The notes: generated from the sequence alone by a model not told the origin. A stretch of DNA of 40,415 bases from a virus (IMGVR_UViG_2551306526_000008:1-40415), one strand, 5' to 3'. Counted from the first letter of the stretch, positions 30,465 to 38,996 are shown. Translations and numbers: made by a program.

Positions 30465-30695
30465 TTAAGCTGCTTTGTTCGGATTGGGGAACAAAGCGGA
30501 TAAATCAGGGCGAATCAGGTATGCAGGGACGCTTCCATTGGTAGCCATTTCAATGCGCTTGGCATTTTCAGCGGATACCCTTTTCTTCCCATGCAACCAA
30601 GCCCATACAGACGGCTGCTTAACACCGCAGGCATCAGCTAACTTTTGCTGACTTCCTACTGAGTCAATAGCCGCTTTAATAGCCTCGTTGACCAT
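30465..30695 (-). CDS. cro: Cro-like repressor (HTH)
   Basis: ORF 30465-30719 trimmed to ATG at 30695 with AGGAG Shine-Dalgarno; HTH QQKLADACGVKQPSVWAW; divergent from cI across operators. Confidence 0.75.
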   Translation of the reverse strand: MVNEAIKAAIDSVGSQQKLADACGVKQPSVWAWLHGKKRVSAENAKRIEMATNGSVPAYLIRPDLSALFPNPNKAA

Positions 30696-30729
30696 AAAAA
30701 TAACTCCTACTGAATCCACAATCAGAATA

Positions 30730-30792
30730 ATAGCTAAAGCTATTCAGAAAGTAAATAGCTTTGGGTATTTGACTAATAATAGCTGTAGCTAT
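30730..30792. promoter_or_regulatory. Right operator region (OR) with divergent pR/pRM: ATAGCT-nn-AGCTAT-type sites
   Basis: atagctaaagctat (30730-30743), atagctttgggtat (30755-30768), atagctgtagctat (30779-30792) between cro and cI. Confidence 0.7.
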
Positions 30793-30803
30793 AGGTTGTA
30801 CGA

Positions 30804-31535
30804 ATGAAACTAGATACTTTTTCTCAAAGGCTTACATACGCGATGGATCAGGCTGGGTTTACTCAGGCTTCTCTTGGCAATGCTGTTGGCATGTCTCAGC
30901 CAAGCGTCTGGAAACTTACGTCTGGAAAAACACGCAATACGCGCAAACTTTTTGAAATATCAAAAGTGCTTGGAGTTCGTACGGAATGGCTTTCCGATGG
31001 AACTGGGCCAATGCGTGATGAGGGAGTTGAACCTTATAATCCAAAATCTTCTATTCCTCATGAAAGCACGTGGGGATATTTGGACCCATGGGATGGAGGA
31101 ACGCCTTTAAGAGGTGATGAAGTTGAAATTCCTTACCTTAAAGATATTGAGTTTGCATGCGGGGATGGTCGGGTGATTGATGAAGATCACAACGGCTTTA
31201 TGTTGCGCTTCTCCAAATCAACCCTTCGCAGAGTTGGCGCGAACAGTGATGGAAGCGGTGTTGTTTGTTTTCCGGCTCGTGGCAACAGCATGGAGCCAAA
31301 CATTCCTGATGGAACAACAGTTGCTGTTAACACCAACGATAAGAAAATAGTTGACGGAAAGATTTACGCCATTAACGAGAACGGTTGGAAACGCATTAAG
31401 ATTCTCTTTCGATCAGGGCCTGACAAGGTAAGCATTAGAAGCTTTAACTCACTGGAGTACCCACAAGAAGAAAAGAATCTAAGCGATATCGAGATCATCG
31501 GAAGAATCTTCTGGTGGTCTGTAGTTGACTACTAA
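30804..31535 (+). CDS. cI: CI-type prophage repressor (HTH plus S24 LexA-like autopeptidase domain)
   Basis: 243 aa; N-terminal HTH QASLGNAVGMSQPSVWKL; C-terminal GNSMEP...K catalytic dyad motif. Confidence 0.85.
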   Translation: MKLDTFSQRLTYAMDQAGFTQASLGNAVGMSQPSVWKLTSGKTRNTRKLFEISKVLGVRTEWLSDGTGPMRDEGVEPYNPKSSIPHESTWGYLDPWDGGTPLRGDEVEIPYLKDIEFACGDGRVIDEDHNGFMLRFSKSTLRRVGANSDGSGVVCFPARGNSMEPNIPDGTTVAVNTNDKKIVDGKIYAINENGWKRIKILFRSGPDKVSIRSFNSLEYPQEEKNLSDIEIIGRIFWWSVVDY

Positions 31536-31552
31536 CCTCATCACACCACAAC

Positions 31553-31576
31553 AAACCCGCTTTTTGCGGGTTTTTT
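31553..31576 (+). terminator. Intrinsic terminator after cI
   Basis: aaacccgc ttttt gcgggttt hairpin followed by T-run. Confidence 0.7.
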
Positions 31577-31659
31577 ATTGCCCAAAAAACACCAAATCTC
31601 ACATACAAGAAAAATAAATTACATTAGATATCAATGACTAAATAACCAAAGGAGTTATT

Positions 31660-31700
31660 TTATAACTATAGCTATTTACAGCAATAATAGCTTTGGATAT
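31660..31700. promoter_or_regulatory. Left operator/pL candidate (OL): ATAGCT-type repressor sites
   Basis: tatagctatttacagcaataatagctttggatat repeats the OR half-site motif; located right of cI where early-left transcription should start. Confidence 0.5.
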
Positions 31701-31860
31701 AGTTAAGCCATGTCGAACGGCGCGACATTAAACCATGCGTCGGGAGCGCGGCGGGTTCAGGATGAACGGCAATGCTGCTCATTAGCGAGAAGGCTTTTTT
31801 GCTTTTAGTCACAAAAAGCAAAGCAGCTTTTTGATATAGAAAAAGAAAAAGGAGGCTGAT

Positions 31861-32304
31861 TTGAAGAGTGCTACAGTTTACACGGCAATGAGAGTTAAGC
31901 AATATGGCGGCGTACCTTCGGTAGAGGTAAGGTGTGATGATAAAAGAACCAAAGTTGTTACTGATTGCCTTCTGCTTTTTAAAAGCATAGATGAGGTAAT
32001 TTTTATTGGCGCTGAAAATCTTCACCCTTTGATAAAAGCAGAGATGAAGCAATGTGCAATCGATGCATTGGGAGTTGGGCAAGGCAAGTCTCAGATCGAA
32101 GCAAAGCAAATGCTTACAGAGCTTGAAAGCAGCAGACGTAGACAAGCAAGCAGGGCAAGACAATTTCACGATGCGATCGCAGGATGGAGCAGAGAGCTTA
32201 TGTCTTTAAATGTAGACATACAGAGAGGAATTGATATTCCAACAATAAGGTCAAGAATAGGTACGATCGCAGAGAACATGGAAAAGCTAAATCCAAAGAA
32301 ATAA
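31861..32304 (+). CDS. Hypothetical first early-left protein (possible antitermination factor by position)
   Basis: 147-aa ORF with TTG start preceded by GGAGG; internal Arg-rich segment SSRRRQASRARQFHDAIAGW; start codon uncertain. Confidence 0.45.
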   Translation: MKSATVYTAMRVKQYGGVPSVEVRCDDKRTKVVTDCLLLFKSIDEVIFIGAENLHPLIKAEMKQCAIDALGVGQGKSQIEAKQMLTELESSRRRQASRARQFHDAIAGWSRELMSLNVDIQRGIDIPTIRSRIGTIAENMEKLNPKK

Positions 32305-32328
32305 TAACCCGCTAAGGCGGGTTTTTTA
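32305..32328 (+). terminator. Intrinsic terminator
   Basis: aacccgc taag gcgggtt hairpin followed by T6. Confidence 0.7.
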
Positions 32329-32439
32329 TTACATAAATAACCGTATTTACTACCGCAAGCCACGCAGTGAAATGGGTGTGACTTGTGTTGGTCGCCAGAA
32401 AATGAAATTAGGCAGCAAACCACTTATTTGAGGTGATAT

Positions 32440-32691
32440 ATGGAATTTCATGAAAGTGCGATTTATGATTTTCGCGCTAACGCAAATTCAGTAAAACCAC
32501 AGCCAATTGCAGTTCTTTTTAAAACAATGGGTGCGTGGGCTGTTTTATGCTTCGCCTCTGATGACACTGACGCAAGAATGGCAATAGGTCAAGAGATGGA
32601 GATGGACCCGACAAACGATGAATTCATAATTTATGGCGCTCCATCTAATTACTTACTTGATACCTGCAACATTTACAACAAGGCTGCCTGA
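32440..32691 (+). CDS. Hypothetical protein
   Basis: 83-aa ORF in early-left operon; no recognised family. Confidence 0.45.
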   Translation: MEFHESAIYDFRANANSVKPQPIAVLFKTMGAWAVLCFASDDTDARMAIGQEMEMDPTNDEFIIYGAPSNYLLDTCNIYNKAA

Positions 32692-32827
32692 CGGTGGCCT
32701 TTATTTTTGGCATAAACAACAGAATAAACACTGCACTGTGTATTCATTCCAACGAGTGAATACACGGAGCAATGTCGCTCGTAACTAAACAGGAGCCGAC
32801 TTGTTCTGATTATTGGAAATCTTCTTT

Positions 32828-32854
32828 GCCCTCCGATGTGAGGGCAATTTTTTT
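32828..32854 (+). terminator. Intrinsic terminator immediately upstream of coiled-coil gene
   Basis: gccctc cgatgt gagggc hairpin followed by aattttttt. Confidence 0.65.
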
Positions 32855-32866
32855 GATGGAGGATAT

Positions 32867-33835
32867 ATGAGTGAAGTAACAGATTTAGTTGTTATTGAAA
32901 AAGCAAATGCAATGACTGTATTTCAGTCTGCCGACCAGATTGAAGAAATCCTTCAAAAGGTTGAACGTGAAGTTATGTCCTTTGTGCCTGATATCACAAC
33001 GGCAAAGGGCAGGAAGGAGATCGCTTCTCTGGCGTATAAAGTTGCGCAGACGAAAACATATCTCGATGGTCTTGGCAAAGACCTTGTTGCTGAACTGAAG
33101 GAAATTCCAAAGCTAATTGATGCCAACCGCAAAACAGTGCGTGATCGCCTTGATGAACTGAAAGCCAAGGCGCGCCAGCCTCTTACTGATTATGAGGAAG
33201 AACAGGCGCGGATTAAAGCCGAAGAAGAAGCTAAGGCAGCAGCTGAAGCTCTCGCAAAGCAAATTGAGTCTGACCATGAAATAGCGATTTTGATGGATCG
33301 CGAATTTGACCGCCAAAGAGAAGAGGCAAGACTCAAAGCGGAGCAGGAAAAGCGAGAGCATGAAGAACGCTTAAAAAGAGAAGCTGAAGAGAAAGCCAGA
33401 GCAGAAGCCGAAGCAAAGGCAAAAGCCGAAATTGAAGCAGCAGCAAGGCGAGAAGCAGAAGCTAAGGCCGCAGAGGAACGTGCAGAGCGTGAACGCATTG
33501 AAGCCGAGCAACGAGCACAGCGCGAAGCAAAAGAGGCAGCAGAACGAGCTGAAAGAGAAAAGCAGGCAGCAATTGAAGCAGAACGCAGAAAAGCACAGGA
33601 GGAGGTTGAACGAATCCGTCGCGAGGCTGAAGCAAAAGAGCAAGCCAGAATAGCAGAAGAAAAAAGAATCAATGACGAAGAAGAGCGCAGAGCAAAGGAT
33701 AAAGCTCACCGGAAAGAAGTAAATAACAAAATACTTGCTGACCTTATCAAGGTTGGCGCATCAGAAGATGTTGCTAAAAATATCATAACAGCCATCGTAA
33801 AAGGCGAAGTATTCGCAACAAAAATAACCTACTAA
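32867..33835 (+). CDS. Hypothetical protein with long E/R/K/A-rich predicted single alpha-helix or coiled-coil region
   Basis: ORF 32813-33835 trimmed to ATG at 32867 after GGAGG; ~190-residue low-complexity charged helix (AEAKAKAEIEAAARREAEAKAAEERAERER...). Confidence 0.65.
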   Translation: MSEVTDLVVIEKANAMTVFQSADQIEEILQKVEREVMSFVPDITTAKGRKEIASLAYKVAQTKTYLDGLGKDLVAELKEIPKLIDANRKTVRDRLDELKAKARQPLTDYEEEQARIKAEEEAKAAAEALAKQIESDHEIAILMDREFDRQREEARLKAEQEKREHEERLKREAEEKARAEAEAKAKAEIEAAARREAEAKAAEERAERERIEAEQRAQREAKEAAERAEREKQAAIEAERRKAQEEVERIRREAEAKEQARIAEEKRINDEEERRAKDKAHRKEVNNKILADLIKVGASEDVAKNIITAIVKGEVFATKITY

Positions 33836-33859
33836 TAAAACCAACATAAGGAACCACCC

Positions 33860-33991
33860 ATGATTTACGCAATCGCGGGAGGCGCTCGCATGGGTGCCTT
33901 CCAACTAAATGAATCTTTACTTGAAAGAATCACCCGTAAATTACGTGACGGATGGAAAAGAGTTGAGGTCTTATTATGCGCAATGAAATAG
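33860..33991 (+). CDS. cIII: CIII-like protease inhibitor
   Basis: Untracked 43-aa ORF MIYAIAGGARMGAFQLNESLLERITRKLRDGWKR..., matching recalled lambda CIII core (ESLLERITRKLRDGWKR). Confidence 0.7.
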   Translation: MIYAIAGGARMGAFQLNESLLERITRKLRDGWKRVEVLLCAMK

Positions 33992-34128
33992 CCATCAATC
34001 ACCAGATGCTTCGTGCTGCACAGAACAAAGCAGTAATAGCCAGATTTATTGGTGATTCAAAAATGTGGCTTGAAGCAAATAAAGCGATGAAATCAGCTAT
34101 CAACCTTCCGTGGTATCGCAGGAAATGA
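33976..34128 (+). CDS. kil: Kil-like protein
   Basis: Untracked 50-aa ORF MRNEIAINHQMLRAAQNKAVIARFIGDSKMWLEANKAMKS... resembling recalled lambda Kil; directly follows cIII as in lambda. Confidence 0.5.
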   Translation: MRNEIAINHQMLRAAQNKAVIARFIGDSKMWLEANKAMKSAINLPWYRRK

Positions 34129-34283
34129 GCTTTACAGATAACTGGTCAGACGAAGAATTCATTCGTCAGATGAAAGAATTAATCGGCAACGAAGGAGATA
34201 TTCATGTCACTTGCAACCACAGTGAAGGAGAGCAAGTTACAGAGACGCATGTACACACAGAAAGCTCTCTGGTATCGCCATAA
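34125..34283 (+). CDS. Small hypothetical protein (52 aa)
   Basis: Untracked ORF whose ATG overlaps kil stop (ATGA). Confidence 0.35.
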   Translation: MSFTDNWSDEEFIRQMKELIGNEGDIHVTCNHSEGEQVTETHVHTESSLVSP

Positions 34284-34382
34284 TGGTGACCGCGAAGGAA
34301 TGCGGGTATGCCTTAATTTGTCCCGAGTCGAAGTATTAAATCAGCGTTATTTCCTTGGGCCATGTCCATTCTGAGGTGAATT

Positions 34383-35090
34383 ATGGATTTGAATAAATTC
34401 GATGAGCCATTCAGCCCTGAAGATATCGAATGGCGAATACAGCAAAGCGGTAAAACACGCGATGGCAAGGTGTGGGCTATGGTGCTGGCTTATGTCACGA
34501 ACCGGGCAATCATGAAACGCCTGGACGATGTTTGCGGCAAAGCAGGATGGCGCAATGAATACCGCGATATTCCCAACAACGGCGGAGTTGAATGCGGCAT
34601 ATCAATCAAGATTGATTCCGAATGGGTAACCAAATGGGATGCTGCTGAAAACACGCAGGTAGAAGCCGTCAAAGGTGGTCGTTCCGGTGCAATGAAGCGT
34701 GCTGCCGTTCAGTGGGGAATCGGTCGGTATCTGTATAACCTTGAGGAAGGTTTCGCACAAACATCTCTCGATAAAAAGCAGGGGTGGCACAGGGCAAAAC
34801 TGAAGGATGGAACAGGATTTTACTGGCTCCCTCCATCGCTGCCGGGATGGGCAATCCCAGCATCAGATAACAAACCATCACCAGAAAATACCAACCAGAA
34901 ATCTCCATCGGTTGACTGCGAACAAATCCTGAAAGACTTCAGCGATTATGCGTCAACAGAAACTGACAAGAAAAAACTCATCGAGCGTTATCAGCGTGAC
35001 TGGCAATTAATGGCTGGCAATGAGGATGCGCAGGCTAAATGCGTTCAGGTAATGAACATCAGAGTTAACGAACTAAAACAGGCGGCATAA
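34383..35090 (+). CDS. Single-strand annealing recombinase: Rad52/Sak-like N-terminal domain with Erf-like C-terminal tail
   Basis: 235 aa; C-terminal ILKDFSDYASTETDKKKLIERYQRDWQLMAGNEDAQAKCVQVMNIRVNELKQAA closely matches recalled P22 Erf C-terminus; N-terminal region is not Erf-like. Confidence 0.7.
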   Translation: MDLNKFDEPFSPEDIEWRIQQSGKTRDGKVWAMVLAYVTNRAIMKRLDDVCGKAGWRNEYRDIPNNGGVECGISIKIDSEWVTKWDAAENTQVEAVKGGRSGAMKRAAVQWGIGRYLYNLEEGFAQTSLDKKQGWHRAKLKDGTGFYWLPPSLPGWAIPASDNKPSPENTNQKSPSVDCEQILKDFSDYASTETDKKKLIERYQRDWQLMAGNEDAQAKCVQVMNIRVNELKQAA

Positions 35091-35606
35091 ATGGCAAGCA
35101 GAGGCGTAAATAAGGTGATCATTATTGGTCGCCTTGGGCATGATCCAGAAATCAGATATTCACCATCAGGAACGGCATTTGCAAACCTTACAGTTGCTAC
35201 GTCAGAACAATGGCGTGATAAGCAAACTGGAGAGCAAAAGGAGCAGACGGAGTGGCACCGTGTGGTAATGAGCGGGAAACTGGCAGAAATTGCCAGCGAA
35301 TATCTGCGAAAAGGCTCTGAGGTTTATCTTGAAGGCAAATTGCGGACAAGAAAATGGCAGGATCAAAGCGGACAGGATCGGTTCACTACCGAAGTCATCG
35401 TGGGCGTTGGTGGAACCATGCAAATGCTTGGTGGCAAGCAAGGAGGCAATGAACAGTCTTCACCTCAGCGAAATAATGGTCAGCAACAAAGACAGCAACC
35501 TCAGCAGCAGGGAAATCACAGCGAACCACCTATGGATTTTGACGACGATATCCCCTTTGCACCAGTAACTCTCCCCTTCCCTCGTCACGCTATTCACGCA
35601 ATTTAA
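35091..35606 (+). CDS. ssb: Single-stranded DNA-binding protein with 15-aa extension beyond DDDIPF
   Basis: 171 aa; OB-fold N-terminus [23 protein letters not shown], Gly/Gln-rich linker, DFDDDIPF followed by [15 protein letters not shown] before the stop. Confidence 0.85.
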   Translation: MASRGVNKVIIIGRLGHDPEIRYSPSGTAFANLTVATSEQWRDKQTGEQKEQTEWHRVVMSGKLAEIASEYLRKGSEVYLEGKLRTRKWQDQSGQDRFTTEVIVGVGGTMQMLGGKQGGNEQSSPQRNNGQQQRQQPQQQGNHSEPPMDFDDDIPFAPVTLPFPRHAIHAI

Positions 35607-35614
35607 GGACTTAC

Positions 35615-36163
35615 ATGAATCACTTGATGGTTGACCTTGAAACAATGGGCAACGGGCCATACGCGCCAGTTATTTCTATTGGGTCGGTATTCTTTGACCC
35701 GAATACCGGAGAAACAGGAGAAGAGTTCTCGGTAAATATCTCGCTTGAATCATCAATGCGATATCGAGCGCGTCCTGACGCTTCAACGATTTTATGGTGG
35801 CTGGAACAGAGTGAAGAAGCCAGAAAATCGCTAACCAGCAACACTCAGGAGCTTTCAACGGCTCTTTCATGGTTATCTGAATTCATCATAAAGAACGCCA
35901 ACCACAAACTCGTTCAGGTTTGGGGGAATGGAGCATCATTTGACTGCGTTATTCTCCGCAACAGTTATTCGCTGACAGGGCAGCCAGTTCCGTGGCAGTG
36001 GTGGAATGACCGCGACGTAAGAACAATCGTCGAACTTGGGAAGGTAATAGGATTCGATCCTAAGCGAGATATGCCATTCAAAGGAACTCGCCACAACGCG
36101 CTTGATGATGCCATCCACCAAGCCAAATACGTTTCAGCGATCTGGAAAAAGTTAGCTAAATAA
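35615..36163 (+). CDS. DEDDh-family 3'-5' exonuclease
   Basis: 182 aa; Exo I motif MVDLETMG and Exo III motif HNALDDAIH. Confidence 0.7.
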   Translation: MNHLMVDLETMGNGPYAPVISIGSVFFDPNTGETGEEFSVNISLESSMRYRARPDASTILWWLEQSEEARKSLTSNTQELSTALSWLSEFIIKNANHKLVQVWGNGASFDCVILRNSYSLTGQPVPWQWWNDRDVRTIVELGKVIGFDPKRDMPFKGTRHNALDDAIHQAKYVSAIWKKLAK

Positions 36164-36179
36164 TCAACAGGAGAAAACC

Positions 36180-36473
36180 ATGCCAGCGCCTCTGTATGGT
36201 GCGGATGACCCGCGCCGCTGTTCCGGCAATTCCGTATCGGAGGTGCTGGATAAATTCAGAAAAAACTACGATCGGATAATGTCGCTACCGCAGGAAACGA
36301 AAGAGGAAAAGGAATTTCGTCACTGTATATGGCTCGCAGAGAAAGAAGAACGCGAGCGAATTTACCAGACATCAATCCGACCATTCCGCAAAGCCACATA
36401 TACCCACTTCCCTGAAATTGACCCGCGCCTGCGTAATTACCGCTCACGCTATGGCGCTATCAGTAATGACTGA
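36180..36473 (+). CDS. Hypothetical protein
   Basis: 97-aa ORF in co-directional early operon. Confidence 0.5.
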   Translation: MPAPLYGADDPRRCSGNSVSEVLDKFRKNYDRIMSLPQETKEEKEFRHCIWLAEKEERERIYQTSIRPFRKATYTHFPEIDPRLRNYRSRYGAISND

Positions 36474-36483
36474 GGAATTAACA

Positions 36484-36774
36484 ATGAAAACAATGAAGCT
36501 GAACATCGACCTCGGAAAATACGTTATTACCGGAACCAAACACGACCTGATTCTTAGCGAAAGAGGAATTATCAAAGAAGGTGAGAATGCAGGGAAAGAA
36601 ACACTAAGCCGTATCGGTTATTACAGCAAGTTTGAGCATCTGGTTAAAGAGTTATGTAACCGTGAAATCCTGTTATCTCAGGCGCAGACGCTACAGGATA
36701 TTCAGCAGCATATCGAAACTTTAGGTATGTCACTTAGCATGGCTATTGACCAGTTCGTGGAGAGTAAATCATGA
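36484..36774 (+). CDS. Hypothetical protein
   Basis: ORF 36418-36774 trimmed to ATG at 36484 after GAGGAA. Confidence 0.5.
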   Translation: MKTMKLNIDLGKYVITGTKHDLILSERGIIKEGENAGKETLSRIGYYSKFEHLVKELCNREILLSQAQTLQDIQQHIETLGMSLSMAIDQFVESKS

Positions 36775-36938
36775 GAGGACTTGCATACAATCCCGGCATT
36801 CTTCCGGCAGAAATGATTATTCGCCAACGCGTAAAGCCAATGCCATCGAGAGAGGAATTGCTTAAGAGAAATTCTTTTCCATCAGTTAATCAAAACAAAT
36901 ATCTGAATGCAATGTGGCGCAAAGGAGGCAACCAGTGA
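36771..36938 (+). CDS. Small hypothetical protein (55 aa)
   Basis: Untracked ORF coupled on both sides by ATGA and GTGA overlaps. Confidence 0.35.
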   Translation: MRGLAYNPGILPAEMIIRQRVKPMPSREELLKRNSFPSVNQNKYLNAMWRKGGNQ

Positions 36939-37609
36939 GCGAAATTAATTACCAGGTACTGCGTGAGGCGGCAGAGAAAGCAACGTGGGGAGACTGGGAC
37001 TCATATAAACCACACCGTGGCGCACGTGGTTATGAGGTCCGACTAAGTAGTCAGGCCATTGCGCAACACGTTCTGAAAAACAACGCTGAATTTATTGCTG
37101 CCTTTAATCCAAAGATTGCATTGGCACTACTGGATGAACGGGAAAGAAACCAGCAATACATCAAATCACGCGACCAGGAGAACGAGGATATTGCGCTTAC
37201 GGTTGGGAGGCTGCGCGTTGAGCTGGAAGGCAAAGACAGCAAAATAGCCAATCTTACCGCCGAACGCGATGCTCTTCGTGAAGGTGAGATGGGCGACGCT
37301 AGGCATAGCAACACACGGGCCGCAGCTGATATCTACTTCCAACTGGTCGAGGAATGCGAAATTCCTGCTGGCGGATCTCTGGTCGAGTACGTTGACGATA
37401 TGCGCGAGAAGCTGGAAGCCGCAGAGAAGCGCATTGCTGAGCTGGAGTTGCGGGAGGTTGTGCTTCCGCAATGCTATAGCATGTTGCATCGCGTCGATTT
37501 TGACGAGCCTTACCACACTGAAATGGTTTACAGGCAGCATCAGGTTCTTGAGGCACTGCACAACGCTGGAATAAACGTCACCGAAGCAGGTAAAGGAGAG
37601 GCATCATGA
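36935..37609 (+). CDS. Ead/Ea22-like family protein
   Basis: ORF 36914-37609 trimmed to GTG at 36935 after AGGAGG; [12 protein letters not shown] motif and coiled-coil middle typical of Ead/Ea22-like proteins. Confidence 0.65.
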   Translation: MSEINYQVLREAAEKATWGDWDSYKPHRGARGYEVRLSSQAIAQHVLKNNAEFIAAFNPKIALALLDERERNQQYIKSRDQENEDIALTVGRLRVELEGKDSKIANLTAERDALREGEMGDARHSNTRAAADIYFQLVEECEIPAGGSLVEYVDDMREKLEAAEKRIAELELREVVLPQCYSMLHRVDFDEPYHTEMVYRQHQVLEALHNAGINVTEAGKGEAS

Positions 37610-38181
37610 GCACTATCACAAGAGAATGGCTGCAGCAGGCTATCAACGATTATGAAAGCGTTCGTGATGAGCTTCCTTTCGGGCTTGATGATTACCAGGG
37701 GAATATCCTGTCTGCCCTGCGTATCGCACTGGCATCGCTGGAAGCAGAGCCGGTGGCGTGGAAGGTAACATTCACGAAAATTGACCGTGAATATAACACG
37801 TTCACTGGTATGTATTCTGACAAAGCAGAAGTCGAACGGTGGGTGCGGCTGCATAAAGCATGTGATTTTCGGGCAGATATAACACCGCTTTATACCGCCA
37901 AGCCAGTGCCGGTAACTCCGGATGGTTGGATAAGCTGTAGTGATCGAATGCCTGTAATTGGCGAGCTAAATTGGAGAACTAGTTTTCCTTTACTGGTTGC
38001 GTGTGAGATCGGCGTTATATCAGCTTATTACGGCTTTGTGAGCGTTAATGGGGATAGGCATTATGGCTTTATGGAGAGTCTTAAATACGGAGACGATAGC
38101 GGCAACCATCCTCAAACTAATGAATATGGTCTGATTAGCAATGTAACCCACTGGATGCCGCTACCAGAGCCTCCACTTTGA
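37606..38181 (+). CDS. DUF551-like hypothetical protein
   Basis: 191 aa; C-terminal domain ending HWMPLPEPP as recalled for DUF551 proteins. Confidence 0.55.
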   Translation: MSTITREWLQQAINDYESVRDELPFGLDDYQGNILSALRIALASLEAEPVAWKVTFTKIDREYNTFTGMYSDKAEVERWVRLHKACDFRADITPLYTAKPVPVTPDGWISCSDRMPVIGELNWRTSFPLLVACEIGVISAYYGFVSVNGDRHYGFMESLKYGDDSGNHPQTNEYGLISNVTHWMPLPEPPL

Positions 38182-38277
38182 AAGCGAAGCTTATACATAT
38201 CTTTTACATCAGCAATCTATTGTTAATCTCCAATCAATGTTACGTTGTCATCTCACTCATGCTTTGGAGGTAGTGAT

Positions 38278-38457
38278 ATGTCTTGTCCAAAATGCGGTTC
38301 TGGAAATATTGCAAAAGAAAAAACAATGCGTGGATGGTCTGGAGATTATGTGTGCTGCGATTGCGGATACAACGACTCTAAAGACGCATTTGGAGGGCGT
38401 GGTAAAAACGAGTTTGTTAAAATTAATAAAGAAAGCGAAGGCAACGAAAAAAGCTAA
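38278..38457 (+). CDS. Small zinc-ribbon protein
   Basis: ORF 38245-38457 trimmed to ATG at 38278 after GGAGG; CPKCGSG ... CCDCGY. Confidence 0.5.
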   Translation: MSCPKCGSGNIAKEKTMRGWSGDYVCCDCGYNDSKDAFGGRGKNEFVKINKESEGNEKS

Positions 38458-38521
38458 TTTATTTATTCATATATGAAAACAATGTAACCAATATTCGAAT
38501 TGAAGAACTGAAAGAACACCA

Positions 38522-38544
38522 AGCCGCCTGATGGCGGTTTTTTA
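38522..38544 (+). terminator. Intrinsic terminator
   Basis: agccgcc tgat ggcggtt hairpin followed by T6. Confidence 0.65.
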
Positions 38545-38557
38545 TTGGAGACAAGAA

Positions 38558-38902
38558 ATGTCAGATTTGGCTATGAAGGTTTTGAAATGGCAATCGACTG
38601 GCGATGTCGGAATCAGTAGCGCAACTCTTGCCTCAATCGCATGTGGACTGAAAAAGAATATCTATGGTCATCACTTCGGTGCTCCACATGACGCAGCCGA
38701 TTTCCGACGATGCGTTGCACTTGTTGAGCAGATTCCAGAAATCAGGGATTCATTCGACAAGGTTGCAAAGCGCGTTCCGGCATTCAAAGGAATCCTCAAC
38801 GAATGGGATTCCCTCGTTGCTCTGTTGAAGTCTGAAATGAAGATACACGGAAACAAAGCACCAGAGACTTACAGAAGAATCAGCGAGCTACGCAAGGACT
38901 AA
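38558..38902 (+). CDS. Hypothetical protein in terminator-insulated unit at prophage right end
   Basis: ORF 38531-38902 trimmed to ATG at 38558; 114 aa; no recognised family. Confidence 0.5.
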   Translation: MSDLAMKVLKWQSTGDVGISSATLASIACGLKKNIYGHHFGAPHDAADFRRCVALVEQIPEIRDSFDKVAKRVPAFKGILNEWDSLVALLKSEMKIHGNKAPETYRRISELRKD

Positions 38903-38946
38903 CCCGCCTCACACTCGATGAGGCATTTTCATTTATCAAGATATCC

Positions 38947-38975
38947 AGACCTACCATCGCCGCATCAATGCGGTT
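38947..38975 (+). terminator. Intrinsic terminator upstream of torI
   Basis: ccgca tcaa tgcgg hairpin followed by T7; a second hairpin gcctca...tgaggc at about 38905-38930. Confidence 0.6.
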
Positions 38976-38980
38976 TTTTT

Positions 38981-38996
38981 ATTGCCTGATTTGCAG
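38981..38996. repeat. 16-nt copy of argW T-arm segment (ttgcaggttcgattcc)
   Basis: Exact match to tRNA positions 1054-1069; lies 300 bp left of attR core. Confidence 0.6.

Noticed and set aside
31672-32169. 165-aa minus-strand ORF
   Set aside because: Cys/Leu-rich low-complexity translation lying antisense to the SD-preceded plus-strand ORF and across the pL region and terminator; no start context. Judged spurious.
33113-33709. Several long minus-strand ORFs (82-160 aa) overlapping the coiled-coil gene
   Set aside because: They are artefacts of the repetitive GAA/GCA/AAG codon composition of the charged-helix gene and translate to Ser/Ala/Cys/Phe-rich low-complexity peptides.
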